This document shows positions 47,934 to 56,435 of a DNA stretch of 63,801 nt, piece after piece. The number at the start of each line of letters is the position of its first letter. Positions within the stretch are counted from its first letter, which is position 1. Below the pieces are notes generated by a model. It was given only the letters and a program-made list of their open reading frames with translations. It was not told where the DNA came from and ran no database searches. Source of the DNA: a virus (lineage: Duplodnaviria > Caudoviricetes). Location: positions 1-63,801 of IMG/VR virus record IMGVR_UViG_3300032236_000737; one strand, given 5' to 3'. The position numbers and the translations under genes are program-made.

Positions 47934-50233
47934 TAGCCTTCTCCCCATCCATTGTTAGAAATTGGAGGAGGTGCTTTAGGACCTTCACCGTCTGGGTTGT
48001 TTGGATCAACTTTAGTAGCTGTTGTATTAAACGGTGTTCCTGTTTTAGACAATTCTTGTCCGGGACGTCTAAATCCAATTAAATTTTGTGTAAACTTGCC
48101 TTGTTTAAAATGGCTTTCCACATTATTAATACAGTATAAACCGCTGAATGCCATCACTGGTGCTGTTGGTGTTCCGCCAAAGTTATATAAACCTGTAGTT
48201 TGATTAATATCAATAGGTGTTCTAAAATTAACAACAATGTCTACTTCACCATTTTGATAATTCATACTACCATCTGCATTGAGATTGCTATATTGACTTG
48301 GAGGTGAAGTATAATTTCCAGCACCGCTTTGCATAATAAAGTACGGGTCGCCTATAATTTCCATATTAAGTTGTAACATATCAGTGCCGCCATTGATGGC
48401 ATCATGCCATACGCGAGCCGCACGAGTTTTCTGATCTTCAGTTCCGCCGCCACCTTTGCCGTCAGTTGCCTGATTTGTTCCAGAGTATTTGTTTGTCGTA
48501 GGATTTGTTCCAGCTTTACCAGTAGGAGCATTACCGTCTGCTAGAGGTACAGAAGTAGCGACTGTCTTTTCTTTTGTGCCGCCTTGAGCTGCCTCAAGTT
48601 TTTGTCCCTGAGTATTAGCTAAACTACCAGCAGGCAATGTTGTACTAAAACTTGCGTTATATTCTATATCAAATTTTATCACATCAATGTTTTTACCAGT
48701 ATAGATATAATTGTATTCTTTAACTGCCTGCGCTTTTAATAATTCAAATCCAGGTGCTTTAGTATTTGGCGGCATTATCTTACTAGTGTGTGCTTCAAAA
48801 GGAATAACTCTATAGATAATTAATTTAGGCTTCTTACCTGTATTCTTTTCAATTTCACCAATATTATAAACTTGAGTATCAACAGTCCACCACTGGCGCA
48901 TACCAGTAGGTGTTACATTCTTTTCTTCCAATGCTTTTTCTGCATACTCGCTTTTTAGCATTACTTGATTAATGGAGTTTATTATGTCGCTATCTTGTGT
49001 AAATTTAAACTCACTAACTGTAGGATCAATTGTATTCTTTCCACGAACATATACTTTACCCTGAGGATCGTATTGTTTATTTTCTTGGCCGGTACTAGGA
49101 TCTCCTTTTTTCTTTTCATTAAATGCTAAAGATGATATTCCTAGTGGATTGCAATTTGCGGCAGATTGTACAAGTGTTTTATTTGTTGGACTTCTTGTAA
49201 GTCCTAATTTTGTAAACACAGACGACGCTGTAGGAGAGTCAGTAGCCTGTGTTGCGCCAGTTGTACTTTCAGGGGCTGTAGTATCTGTAGCAGGAGTTTG
49301 TCCAGAAGAAATATCTTTTGGAAACATTATTATAATTTCATCTGCTACTGTTACAATCTTATCTTGTTTCATTTTTTGCAATCGTTGATTGACTGCAACT
49401 TGCAAACTTTTATCTCCTGTTTGCAATACTTCCTGTACAGTAGAACCTTTTACTGATACATCTGTTTTTAAACTAGCATATTCTGTAGTATGAGCTTGTC
49501 CGCCTTGAACAAATGCTTCAACATTGTACACAGATCCTTTTTCATTAACTTTCATTGTTAAATTTTGAAATTTAAAAACTAGTTTACGTGTAGTATTAGG
49601 AATATTTGCCATTGCACCAGTTTCTGTGTTGCCCCTAAATTCAATAGTCAGCAAGTATGGAGCATCACGCCAGTTCTTATGTCCTGTTTGATCTGCGGCT
49701 TGTTGGCAAGCAATGTAAAATAAACCCATGCTGTAAGGTTCGGTGATATCAAATGTTATGTTTGTAACAGCTGAGTTTTTGCCTCCGTTACCACTTAAGA
49801 CTCCTTTAACTTCTAAGTTGTCTATAAAAAAATCAAACTTTCCGTAAGGAGTGTTTACTCTATTATTTGGGTCTGCGTTTGCAGATTTACAAATTAACAA
49901 GTACTGTGATGTACTCATGTACAATGAAGGATTTTTTAATTGTTCGTCAGTTAAACATCCAATGCCTAAAACGTAGTCGTAGCTAGCATAAGAAAATAAC
50001 GGATTAGGCATTGGTAGTTTTACACCTGCAAGCGGTTTTATAAAACTAGAAATAGATTGAAAGATTCCAGATATTGAATCTCCAATTGCGCCTAACGCAC
50101 TTGCAGGACCTTGAGATATAAAATTGCTTACGCTAGTACTAGCATTAGATATTGTATTGCCAAGAGACTGTGCGCCGGCTTGAACACTGGCTGTTGCTGA
50201 ATCTACTAAACCTGGTAATCCGTCGAGACTCAT
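47933..50233 (-). CDS. baseplate hub protein (gp27/GpD-like)
   Basis: Position before the spike gene; IIGDPY and FSGLYCINNVESHFKQGKFTQNL C-terminal hub-type motifs. Confidence 0.55.
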   Translation of the reverse strand: MSLDGLPGLVDSATASVQAGAQSLGNTISNASTSVSNFISQGPASALGAIGDSISGIFQSISSFIKPLAGVKLPMPNPLFSYASYDYVLGIGCLTDEQLKNPSLYMSTSQYLLICKSANADPNNRVNTPYGKFDFFIDNLEVKGVLSGNGGKNSAVTNITFDITEPYSMGLFYIACQQAADQTGHKNWRDAPYLLTIEFRGNTETGAMANIPNTTRKLVFKFQNLTMKVNEKGSVYNVEAFVQGGQAHTTEYASLKTDVSVKGSTVQEVLQTGDKSLQVAVNQRLQKMKQDKIVTVADEIIIMFPKDISSGQTPATDTTAPESTTGATQATDSPTASSVFTKLGLTRSPTNKTLVQSAANCNPLGISSLAFNEKKKGDPSTGQENKQYDPQGKVYVRGKNTIDPTVSEFKFTQDSDIINSINQVMLKSEYAEKALEEKNVTPTGMRQWWTVDTQVYNIGEIEKNTGKKPKLIIYRVIPFEAHTSKIMPPNTKAPGFELLKAQAVKEYNYIYTGKNIDVIKFDIEYNASFSTTLPAGSLANTQGQKLEAAQGGTKEKTVATSVPLADGNAPTGKAGTNPTTNKYSGTNQATDGKGGGGTEDQKTRAARVWHDAINGGTDMLQLNMEIIGDPYFIMQSGAGNYTSPPSQYSNLNADGSMNYQNGEVDIVVNFRTPIDINQTTGLYNFGGTPTAPVMAFSGLYCINNVESHFKQGKFTQNLIGFRRPGQELSKTGTPFNTTATKVDPNNPDGEGPKAPPPISNNGWGEG

Positions 50234-50234
50234 C

Positions 50235-50537
50235 TTATAATCCTAATACTGCTGTTAATCCTGATCCTTTTGGTATGTATATTTGTTTACCTGGAATAAA
50301 ATCAAGGATAGGATCATGTAATACATCAAGGTTACGTTGAATGAAAACCCACCATAGACTTGCTTGACCATAAAGGTCAAATGCTAATAAATCAGGTCGG
50401 TATCTATATTGTGGTTGTATAGTATACAAAAAATCATCTTGAGCAGAAGCAACTGGACGAATCGTTAAAACGTCTAAGTAATTATTAGTTACTGGAGTTG
50501 TATACCAAGGACTGGTATTAGAGTAATTCGCTGCCAT
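50235..50537 (-). CDS. LysM-like baseplate wedge protein (gp53-like)
   Basis: YRPDLLAFDLYG...LWWVF...N motif; start MAANYS at 50537. Confidence 0.7.
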   Translation of the reverse strand: MAANYSNTSPWYTTPVTNNYLDVLTIRPVASAQDDFLYTIQPQYRYRPDLLAFDLYGQASLWWVFIQRNLDVLHDPILDFIPGKQIYIPKGSGLTAVLGL

Positions 50538-50538
50538 A

Positions 50539-51534
50539 TTAGATATATCCAAAACTATTGTTAAGATAACCACCTTGAACAAATCTATCAAGACTAAAGT
50601 TCTTAACACTATTTCTACTGTACATTGGAACTAGTGTAACTGTAAAACTACTTTTTGTTGGAACGTGTGCAACACCACCGCTTGTTGTTCCTCCTAAGCC
50701 AAATGATCCAGCTAAAGAAGCAACCTGGCCGATACCGCCTGCTAAACTACTTACCGTATCTGTGATACCGCTAAGGCCAGGAATGGCTCCGCCTAAACTA
50801 CTTGCTAAACCGCCTACTGCATCTGCAACACCTGCGGCTGCTCCTGCGGCACTACCTACAACATTAACGCCAATGTAATCACAAGTTGCATCTAACTGTG
50901 TTGAAAAACTTGTAACTGCTACTGGGACATTTTTAAAAACATAATTTCCATAACCATTTAACATGACAATAGGAGGCGGATTGCCGGCCTTTGGATCAGA
51001 TCCTGTGAACATTTTGGTTAAGCTTCGTAAATAGTGTACCGCGGCAATCCAGTATAATCCTTGTGTAGGATCTTCAACGTTCATAGGAGCTGTGATAGTA
51101 ATTTCGCCTGGATCACTATTTTGAAATGCTCTAAATGTATGATTAGAATGCGTTACAGGAATAGTAGTATATGTTGCCTTGCTAGAAATATTAATTTGAG
51201 GAGTGTACGGAAAAATTAAACCACCGGCATCTTTTAATGGAGCAAGTACTGGGCTATTTCTAAAACTTGGCCATGTTGGAAGACTTAATCTAACACGCCA
51301 ATCATTTGCATTAGCATCACCGCCAAAGCTAGCAACTGCGCTAGTAATGTCTCCAATTGCTTCACCAGCCGCTGGTAAATCAATACTACGGATTGCGCTC
51401 ATTACGCCTCCGCTAGCATACCCAGCACTAAGAGCACTGGATAAATTGCCTGCAATATTAACTGCGCTTGCGGCTGCTCCAATCGCGTTTTGTGAGCTGG
51501 TAACTGTTTGTATCAAATTGTCGCCGAATGCCAT
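50539..51534 (-). CDS. baseplate-tail tube junction protein (gp48/gp54-like)
   Basis: FPYTPQI, PPPIVMLNGYGNYVFKNVPV and VPTKS motifs; Gly/Ala-rich linkers. Confidence 0.55.
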   Translation of the reverse strand: MAFGDNLIQTVTSSQNAIGAAASAVNIAGNLSSALSAGYASGGVMSAIRSIDLPAAGEAIGDITSAVASFGGDANANDWRVRLSLPTWPSFRNSPVLAPLKDAGGLIFPYTPQINISSKATYTTIPVTHSNHTFRAFQNSDPGEITITAPMNVEDPTQGLYWIAAVHYLRSLTKMFTGSDPKAGNPPPIVMLNGYGNYVFKNVPVAVTSFSTQLDATCDYIGVNVVGSAAGAAAGVADAVGGLASSLGGAIPGLSGITDTVSSLAGGIGQVASLAGSFGLGGTTSGGVAHVPTKSSFTVTLVPMYSRNSVKNFSLDRFVQGGYLNNSFGYI

Positions 51535-51556
51535 AATAATATTCCTTTTGGTGTAT

Positions 51557-51592
51557 TATTTATTTGACTTTATTAACTGCGTAGTTTATAAT
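51557..51592. promoter_or_regulatory. overlapping divergent promoters: minus-strand late promoter with upstream element, and plus-strand sigma70 promoter of gp55
   Basis: Minus: TAAACTACGCA-N15-TAAATA. Plus: TTGACT-N17-TATAAT (51564-51592). Confidence 0.65.
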
Positions 51593-51618
51593 TAACCTAT
51601 CATAGGACTGAGAACAGG

Positions 51619-52449
51619 ATGACAGCAAAAGTTAACTACCTAAACAACAAGGATATGTTGTTAGAAATACACAAATCAAAAAGCTCATATTGCGTTTTTA
51701 CCAAACCAGAATATCACCAATATGACATTATTTTGCCAAGTTTAGACAAAATAAACATACGTAGTGTAGCCGAAGCTAAAAGGAATCGTGCGAAAAGAAT
51801 AGGAGATTTGGACTATCAAACTCGCAAAAAAGCCGGCGAAAAAGTCAAACAAGCAGACTGCGAAGTGGACTATAAAAAGATTGCTAAGACAGATTTAGTC
51901 TTTAGAATCATGACGTTTGATCATATTCCGCTTAATAACACACGTAAAAAGAATCCTAAAAGCGTAGCAGATCATCGCGATAAAGTAAACTTTCCACCGT
52001 TCCAACATTGGAAGTTTGACGAAAACGATGAACTAATATGTGTCGGAAAATCACACTGGAAGGGCGATTTAGAAAAGGGCAAGTTCGATAAGGATGCTGG
52101 CCAAATAACTAACACCTTAGCTAGGATGATGTTAAAATTATGTGAGCGTTACGCTACTCGCGGTAACGTTCGTGGCTACACATATAACGATGAAATGAAG
52201 GGACAAGCTATTCTACAGTTGACACAAATTGGCTTACAATTTGACGAAAGCAAGTCGGATAATCCGTTTGCTTATTTTACTGCGGCTGTAACTAATAGCT
52301 TTGTTCGTGTTATTAATATCGAAAAACGTAACCAGAATATTCGCGATGATATTTTAGAAATGAACGGCATGAACCCAAGTTATAGTCGTACTGGCGCTGG
52401 AGAACACGCCGCGGCTATGAAACGATATGAAGGCGATTCTAGTGAGTAA
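51619..52449 (+). CDS. gp55: late transcription sigma factor (T4 gp55-like)
   Basis: NYLNNKDML, GYTYNDEM and FDESKSDNPFAYFT...F.R.I.IEK motifs. Confidence 0.85.
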   Translation: MTAKVNYLNNKDMLLEIHKSKSSYCVFTKPEYHQYDIILPSLDKINIRSVAEAKRNRAKRIGDLDYQTRKKAGEKVKQADCEVDYKKIAKTDLVFRIMTFDHIPLNNTRKKNPKSVADHRDKVNFPPFQHWKFDENDELICVGKSHWKGDLEKGKFDKDAGQITNTLARMMLKLCERYATRGNVRGYTYNDEMKGQAILQLTQIGLQFDESKSDNPFAYFTAAVTNSFVRVINIEKRNQNIRDDILEMNGMNPSYSRTGAGEHAAAMKRYEGDSSE

Positions 52450-53455
52450 TTTATTTAAAAAAGCGGCATGTTTTACAGACATACACTTTGGACTTAAATC
52501 CAATAGTAGTGTACACAACCAAGACTGTGAAGCATTTGTAGATTGGTATATTGCAAAAGCTAAGGAGGAAGGTTGTGATACTGGGATTTTTCTGGGCGAT
52601 TGGCATCACAATCGTAATAGTCTTAACATTACTACTATGGACTACTCACTTCGAGCATTGGAGAAACTTGGACAAGCATTTGATAACTTTTATTTCTTTC
52701 CTGGCAATCACGACCTTTATTATAAAGATAAACGGGATATCCACTCAGTCGAGTTTGGCAAATATATTCCCGGAGTCACAGTGGTACATGAACCGACTAC
52801 CGTTGGGAACGTTACACTCTGTCCGTGGCTTGTCGGCGACGAATGGAAGTCATTAAAAGACTCTAAAAGCAAGTATATCTTTGGGCATTTTGAACTTCCA
52901 TTGTTCTATATGAACGCTATGGTACAGATGCCAGACCATGGTGAATTACAAGCGGCTGACTTGAAAGGCCCCGAGTATGTATTCAGTGGGCACTTCCATA
53001 AACGTCAGCAACAAGGCAACGTTGTTTATATTGGAAATGCATTTCCACACAACTATGCAGACACTTGGGACGATGAGCGTGGCATGATGGTATTAGAGTG
53101 GGGTGGTAAACCTGAGTACTTTAGCTGGGACAATCAACCCACATTCCGCACACTGAAATTAAGTGAATTGATCGACGGTGCAGACGAAATCATTAAACCT
53201 AAACAGCATCTACGTGTAACTTTAGACATTGATATTACCTACGAAGAAGCTAGTTTTATTAAAGAAAAGTTCATGGCGGACTACGACATTCGCGAGCTTA
53301 CTTTAATTGCAGAAAAGAAAGAAATAGAGATTAACACTAACATTGACATCCAAGCATTTGAAAGTGTGGATCAAATTGTTAGCAGTCAAATCATTAATAT
53401 CGACAGTGATACTTACGACAAAAACACACTGTTGAGCATTTATAATAGCCTATGA
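52442..53455 (+). CDS. gp47: recombination endonuclease subunit (Mre11/SbcD-like)
   Basis: Metallophosphoesterase motifs DIHFG, LGDWHH, GNHD, GHFE and SGHFH. Confidence 0.9.
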   Translation: MSNLFKKAACFTDIHFGLKSNSSVHNQDCEAFVDWYIAKAKEEGCDTGIFLGDWHHNRNSLNITTMDYSLRALEKLGQAFDNFYFFPGNHDLYYKDKRDIHSVEFGKYIPGVTVVHEPTTVGNVTLCPWLVGDEWKSLKDSKSKYIFGHFELPLFYMNAMVQMPDHGELQAADLKGPEYVFSGHFHKRQQQGNVVYIGNAFPHNYADTWDDERGMMVLEWGGKPEYFSWDNQPTFRTLKLSELIDGADEIIKPKQHLRVTLDIDITYEEASFIKEKFMADYDIRELTLIAEKKEIEINTNIDIQAFESVDQIVSSQIINIDSDTYDKNTLLSIYNSL

Positions 53456-55230
53456 TAAAATTAAAAGAACTTACCGTTAAGAATTTCATGAGTGTGGGCA
53501 ACCAGACTCAAGCTGTAAATTTTGCCCAGCAAAACTTAACTTTAGTCTTGGGAGAAAACTTAGACCAAGGTGGAGATGACAGCGGAAGTCGTAACGGAAC
53601 AGGTAAAACTACCATTGTAAATGCCTTGAGTTATGCGTTGTTTGGTAATGCTTTAACTAACATTAAAAAAGATAATCTTATCAACAAAATTAACAACAAG
53701 GGTATGTTAGTCACGCTTGCGTTTGAAAAAGATGGTACAGATTATCGCATTGAACGTGGTAGAAAACCCAATGTTTTACAGTTTTTTGTCAACGACCAAG
53801 AACAAGAAACAGCTGAAACAGATGATGCACAAGGTGACGTCAGAGAGACACAAAAAGACTTAGATGACTTGCTGGGCATGAGCCATGATATGTTCAAGCA
53901 CGTGGTTGCTTTGAACACTTATACCGAGCCTTTCTTGAGTATGCGGGCTAATGATCAGCGGGTAATCATTGAACAATTACTAGGTATTACATTGCTATCT
54001 GAGAAAGCAGAAACTCTAAAAGAAATGATTAGATTGACCAAAGATCAAATCACACAAGAGTCTGCTAATATCGAAGCAACTAAGAAAAGTAACGAAAAAA
54101 TACAGTCTAGCATTGAAGGATTGTTCACAAGACAAAAGGCTTGGAATAATCAGCATACCCAAGAAGTTGAAAAAATTGCCCGTGCTATTGTAGAATTAGA
54201 AAGCGTAGATATCGAAGCTGAGCTTGCGAAGCACACGGAGCTGAAAGCGTATTTAGACAAATCAGCGAAGCTGAAAAGCCTAGAAAAGGAACGTGCTACT
54301 TTAGATAGCGCGATAGCGCAAGCGGAGCGAAGCGTCACGAAGTATGATCGCGAGCTCGGCTTATTGGCAAATAAGACTTGTCATGCCTGTGAGCAAGAAT
54401 TACACGATCATAAGCATGAAGAAATGACTGCTGTCGCACAAACACACCTCGATGAGGCCAGAAAATATCACGATAAGGTCCAACAAGATTCTGCAAAAAT
54501 TCAAGCAGAAATTCTAGCTCTTGGCGAAATCAATGGGCGACCTAACACATATTATGACACAGTGGAAGAGGCCTTTAAACATCAAAATAACTTAAAAACT
54601 CTGGAAAATCAGCTGACTATTAAAGCTGGTGAGACAGATCCTTACCAAGAGCAAATTGACGAATTGACCGATACTGCACTACAAGAAATCACTTGGGACA
54701 AGGTCAATCAACTTAATACTATCAAGGATCATCAGGAGTTTTTGCTTAAATTGCTAACGTCAAAAGACAGCTTTATACGTAAAAAGATCATAGATCAAAA
54801 CCTAGCGTACTTGAACAATCGTCTAACTTATTATCTTGACAAAATGGGCTTGCCGCATACTGTCTTGTTTAAGAATGACTTGACTGTGGAAATTACACAG
54901 CTAGGGCAAGACTTAGATTTTGACAATTTAAGTCGAGGAGAACGTAATCGTTTAATCTTGTCGCTGTCGTGGGCATTCCGCGATGTGTGGGAAAGTTTGT
55001 ATCATCCTATCAACTTGTTGTTTGTGGACGAGCTAATTGACAACGGCTTGGATGCGGCTGGAGTCGAGGGCGCACTGGCAGTATTAAAGAAAATGTCGCG
55101 TGAACGCAAGAAGAATATTTTCCTTATTTCACACAAGGACGAACTAATCGGACGTGTGAACAATGTACTTAAAGTTGTTAAGGAAAACGGCTTCACGTCG
55201 TATGCTAACGACTTGGAAATCAATGAGTAA
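53452..55230 (+). CDS. gp46: recombination ATPase subunit (Rad50/SbcC-like)
   Basis: KNFMSVGN, Walker A NGTGKTT, Zn-hook CHAC, LSRGE signature, FVDE and ISH motifs. Confidence 0.92.
   Translation: MIKLKELTVKNFMSVGNQTQAVNFAQQNLTLVLGENLDQGGDDSGSRNGTGKTTIVNALSYALFGNALTNIKKDNLINKINNKGMLVTLAFEKDGTDYRIERGRKPNVLQFFVNDQEQETAETDDAQGDVRETQKDLDDLLGMSHDMFKHVVALNTYTEPFLSMRANDQRVIIEQLLGITLLSEKAETLKEMIRLTKDQITQESANIEATKKSNEKIQSSIEGLFTRQKAWNNQHTQEVEKIARAIVELESVDIEAELAKHTELKAYLDKSAKLKSLEKERATLDSAIAQAERSVTKYDRELGLLANKTCHACEQELHDHKHEEMTAVAQTHLDEARKYHDKVQQDSAKIQAEILALGEINGRPNTYYDTVEEAFKHQNNLKTLENQLTIKAGETDPYQEQIDELTDTALQEITWDKVNQLNTIKDHQEFLLKLLTSKDSFIRKKIIDQNLAYLNNRLTYYLDKMGLPHTVLFKNDLTVEITQLGQDLDFDNLSRGERNRLILSLSWAFRDVWESLYHPINLLFVDELIDNGLDAAGVEGALAVLKKMSRERKKNIFLISHKDELIGRVNNVLKVVKENGFTSYANDLEINE
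54225..54343 (+). repeat. cluster of GC-GNA-GC / GC-GNNA-GC mini-hairpins inside gp46
   Basis: TGCGAAGCA at 54225, TCAGCGAAGCTGA at 54262, GCGCGATAGCGC at 54308, GCGGAGC at 54322, GCGAAGC at 54327, ACGAAGT at 54337. Confidence 0.55.
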
Positions 55231-55501
55231 ACACGTTGAGCCAAGTCCATACCAAAATGAAGAGTCGCATGAACGACTCATGGCGGCGTTTAAAGAATAT
55301 TTTAAGGCTAATCAAGATTGGCAGGCAAAAGGCACACGTAGGGCAGGCGAAAATATGCGCTATTGGTTGGCGCAAATAAGAATTATAGCAAAGGATCGTA
55401 GGGCACACGTACAGCAATATCGTGTGTGGCTGGACAAGGACAAGGCAGCTCGTAAGGCAAACCAAAAAGGCTCATCGGAGGACTCGGCAGACACTAATTA
55501 G
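55223..55501 (+). CDS. small basic helical protein, histone-H1-like Hc1 family-like
   Basis: KGTRRAGENMRYWLAQIRIIAKDRRAHVQ pattern; start MSKHVE at 55223. Confidence 0.5.
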   Translation: MSKHVEPSPYQNEESHERLMAAFKEYFKANQDWQAKGTRRAGENMRYWLAQIRIIAKDRRAHVQQYRVWLDKDKAARKANQKGSSEDSADTN

Positions 55502-55504
55502 TGT

Positions 55505-55930
55505 ATGTCTTGGTACTACGAAAATCAAATTGTTGAAGAACTTCCGGAAGATTGTGTTGGGTTTGTATACATTATAACAAACACATTATCCGGGCGTATG
55601 TACATAGGCAAAAAACTAGCAAAATTTTCTAAGACTACCTATAAAGTAGTCAAATTAAAAAACGGCACAAAGAAGAAAAAGAAAATCCGTGGTAAGATTG
55701 ACAGCGATTGGCGCACCTATTATGGTAGTAGCCCAGAGCTTACAAAAGATATCACGCAGTTAGGTCAAGAAAACTTTCGCAGGGAAATACTATTTTACTG
55801 TAAATCCAAGGCAGAAACGTCATATATAGAGGCTCGTGAACAATTCAGCCGTCGTGTGCTGGAATCAAATGACTATTATAACGGTCATATTCAAGTGCGT
55901 GTACACGGTTCACATATACTCAAATCATAA
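55505..55930 (+). CDS. stand-alone GIY-YIG nuclease
   Basis: GFVYIITN...MYIGKK, YYGSS, catalytic-type E (YIEAREQ) and YYN; Lys-rich insertion; no appended DNA-binding domain. Confidence 0.85.
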   Translation: MSWYYENQIVEELPEDCVGFVYIITNTLSGRMYIGKKLAKFSKTTYKVVKLKNGTKKKKKIRGKIDSDWRTYYGSSPELTKDITQLGQENFRREILFYCKSKAETSYIEAREQFSRRVLESNDYYNGHIQVRVHGSHILKS

Positions 55931-55934
55931 TAAT

Positions 55935-56415
55935 TTAGGCTCGTTACATCACCAAATAAGCCCGCACTGGCGTTGATATAGTGTCCGTAATCCGTTCTGA
56001 TGTGTGACGGTAAGGTAGTTCTGCTTGGTGACAGAGTTATAAATCACTATCCTTAACAGGACGCGGATGAGATATGCCATAACTCATTTGATTTATAAGG
56101 AGTAATCGCTGGCTAAAAGAGGGGTAGTGGCCCCACGTTTACAAATATGTTAGCGTATATTTGTAAGCCGCCGTCATATAAAGACAGCATGAGCAGGTAC
56201 CGGATGACCGCCTGTGTTTTAGTGCTAACGCTAAGTGATATTGTTCGACTCAGATAATGTCCAAAAAATACTTTGCCCTGCCTGGGCAAAGTGTGACTGA
56301 ACGATCTAGATAATATCTTTAACGCTTCGCGTTTAATTAACTACTAACTACTCTTTAATAGAACTTGAATAGTTCGAGCGAAAGCGATGAACAGAAGAAC
56401 GCAAGTTCTTCTTTA
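55935..56415 (+). ncRNA. putative large structured non-coding RNA of unknown class
   Basis: ORF-free 500-nt gap with at least 10 helices, a long-range helix (56001-56010/56171-56180), a pseudoknot (56150-56155/56229-56234), G-U pairs favouring the + strand, and a terminal GCAA-loop hairpin. Confidence 0.65.
56393..56414 (+). terminator. terminator-like GNRA hairpin closing the structured region
   Basis: AGAAGAAC-GCAA-GTTCTTCT followed by a short T run. Confidence 0.45.
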
Positions 56416-56435
56416 AAGTAACGATAAATATCTTT

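Noticed and set aside
27739-50340. Many 60-130 aa plus-strand ORFs opposite the structural genes
   Set aside because: They are antisense shadows of long ORFs with biased codon usage, with no SD, promoter or recognisable motifs.
55997-56185. Hammerhead ribozyme (CTGATG...stem...AAAG)
   Set aside because: The core would need CUGANGA and GAAA; the sequence has CTGATGT and TAAAG.
55935-56415. Group I intron carrying the GIY-YIG homing endonuclease
   Set aside because: The R-like (CTGAACGATCTA) and S-like (AGATAATGTCC) words are imperfect and in the wrong order, no P7 pairing was found, and the flanking genes are complete, so there are no exons to join.
55935-56415. tmRNA, RNase P RNA or tRNA
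   Set aside because: No GGGGC...CCACCA ends, no GAGGAAAGTCC-type P4 signature, and no cloverleaf with a T-loop found on either strand.
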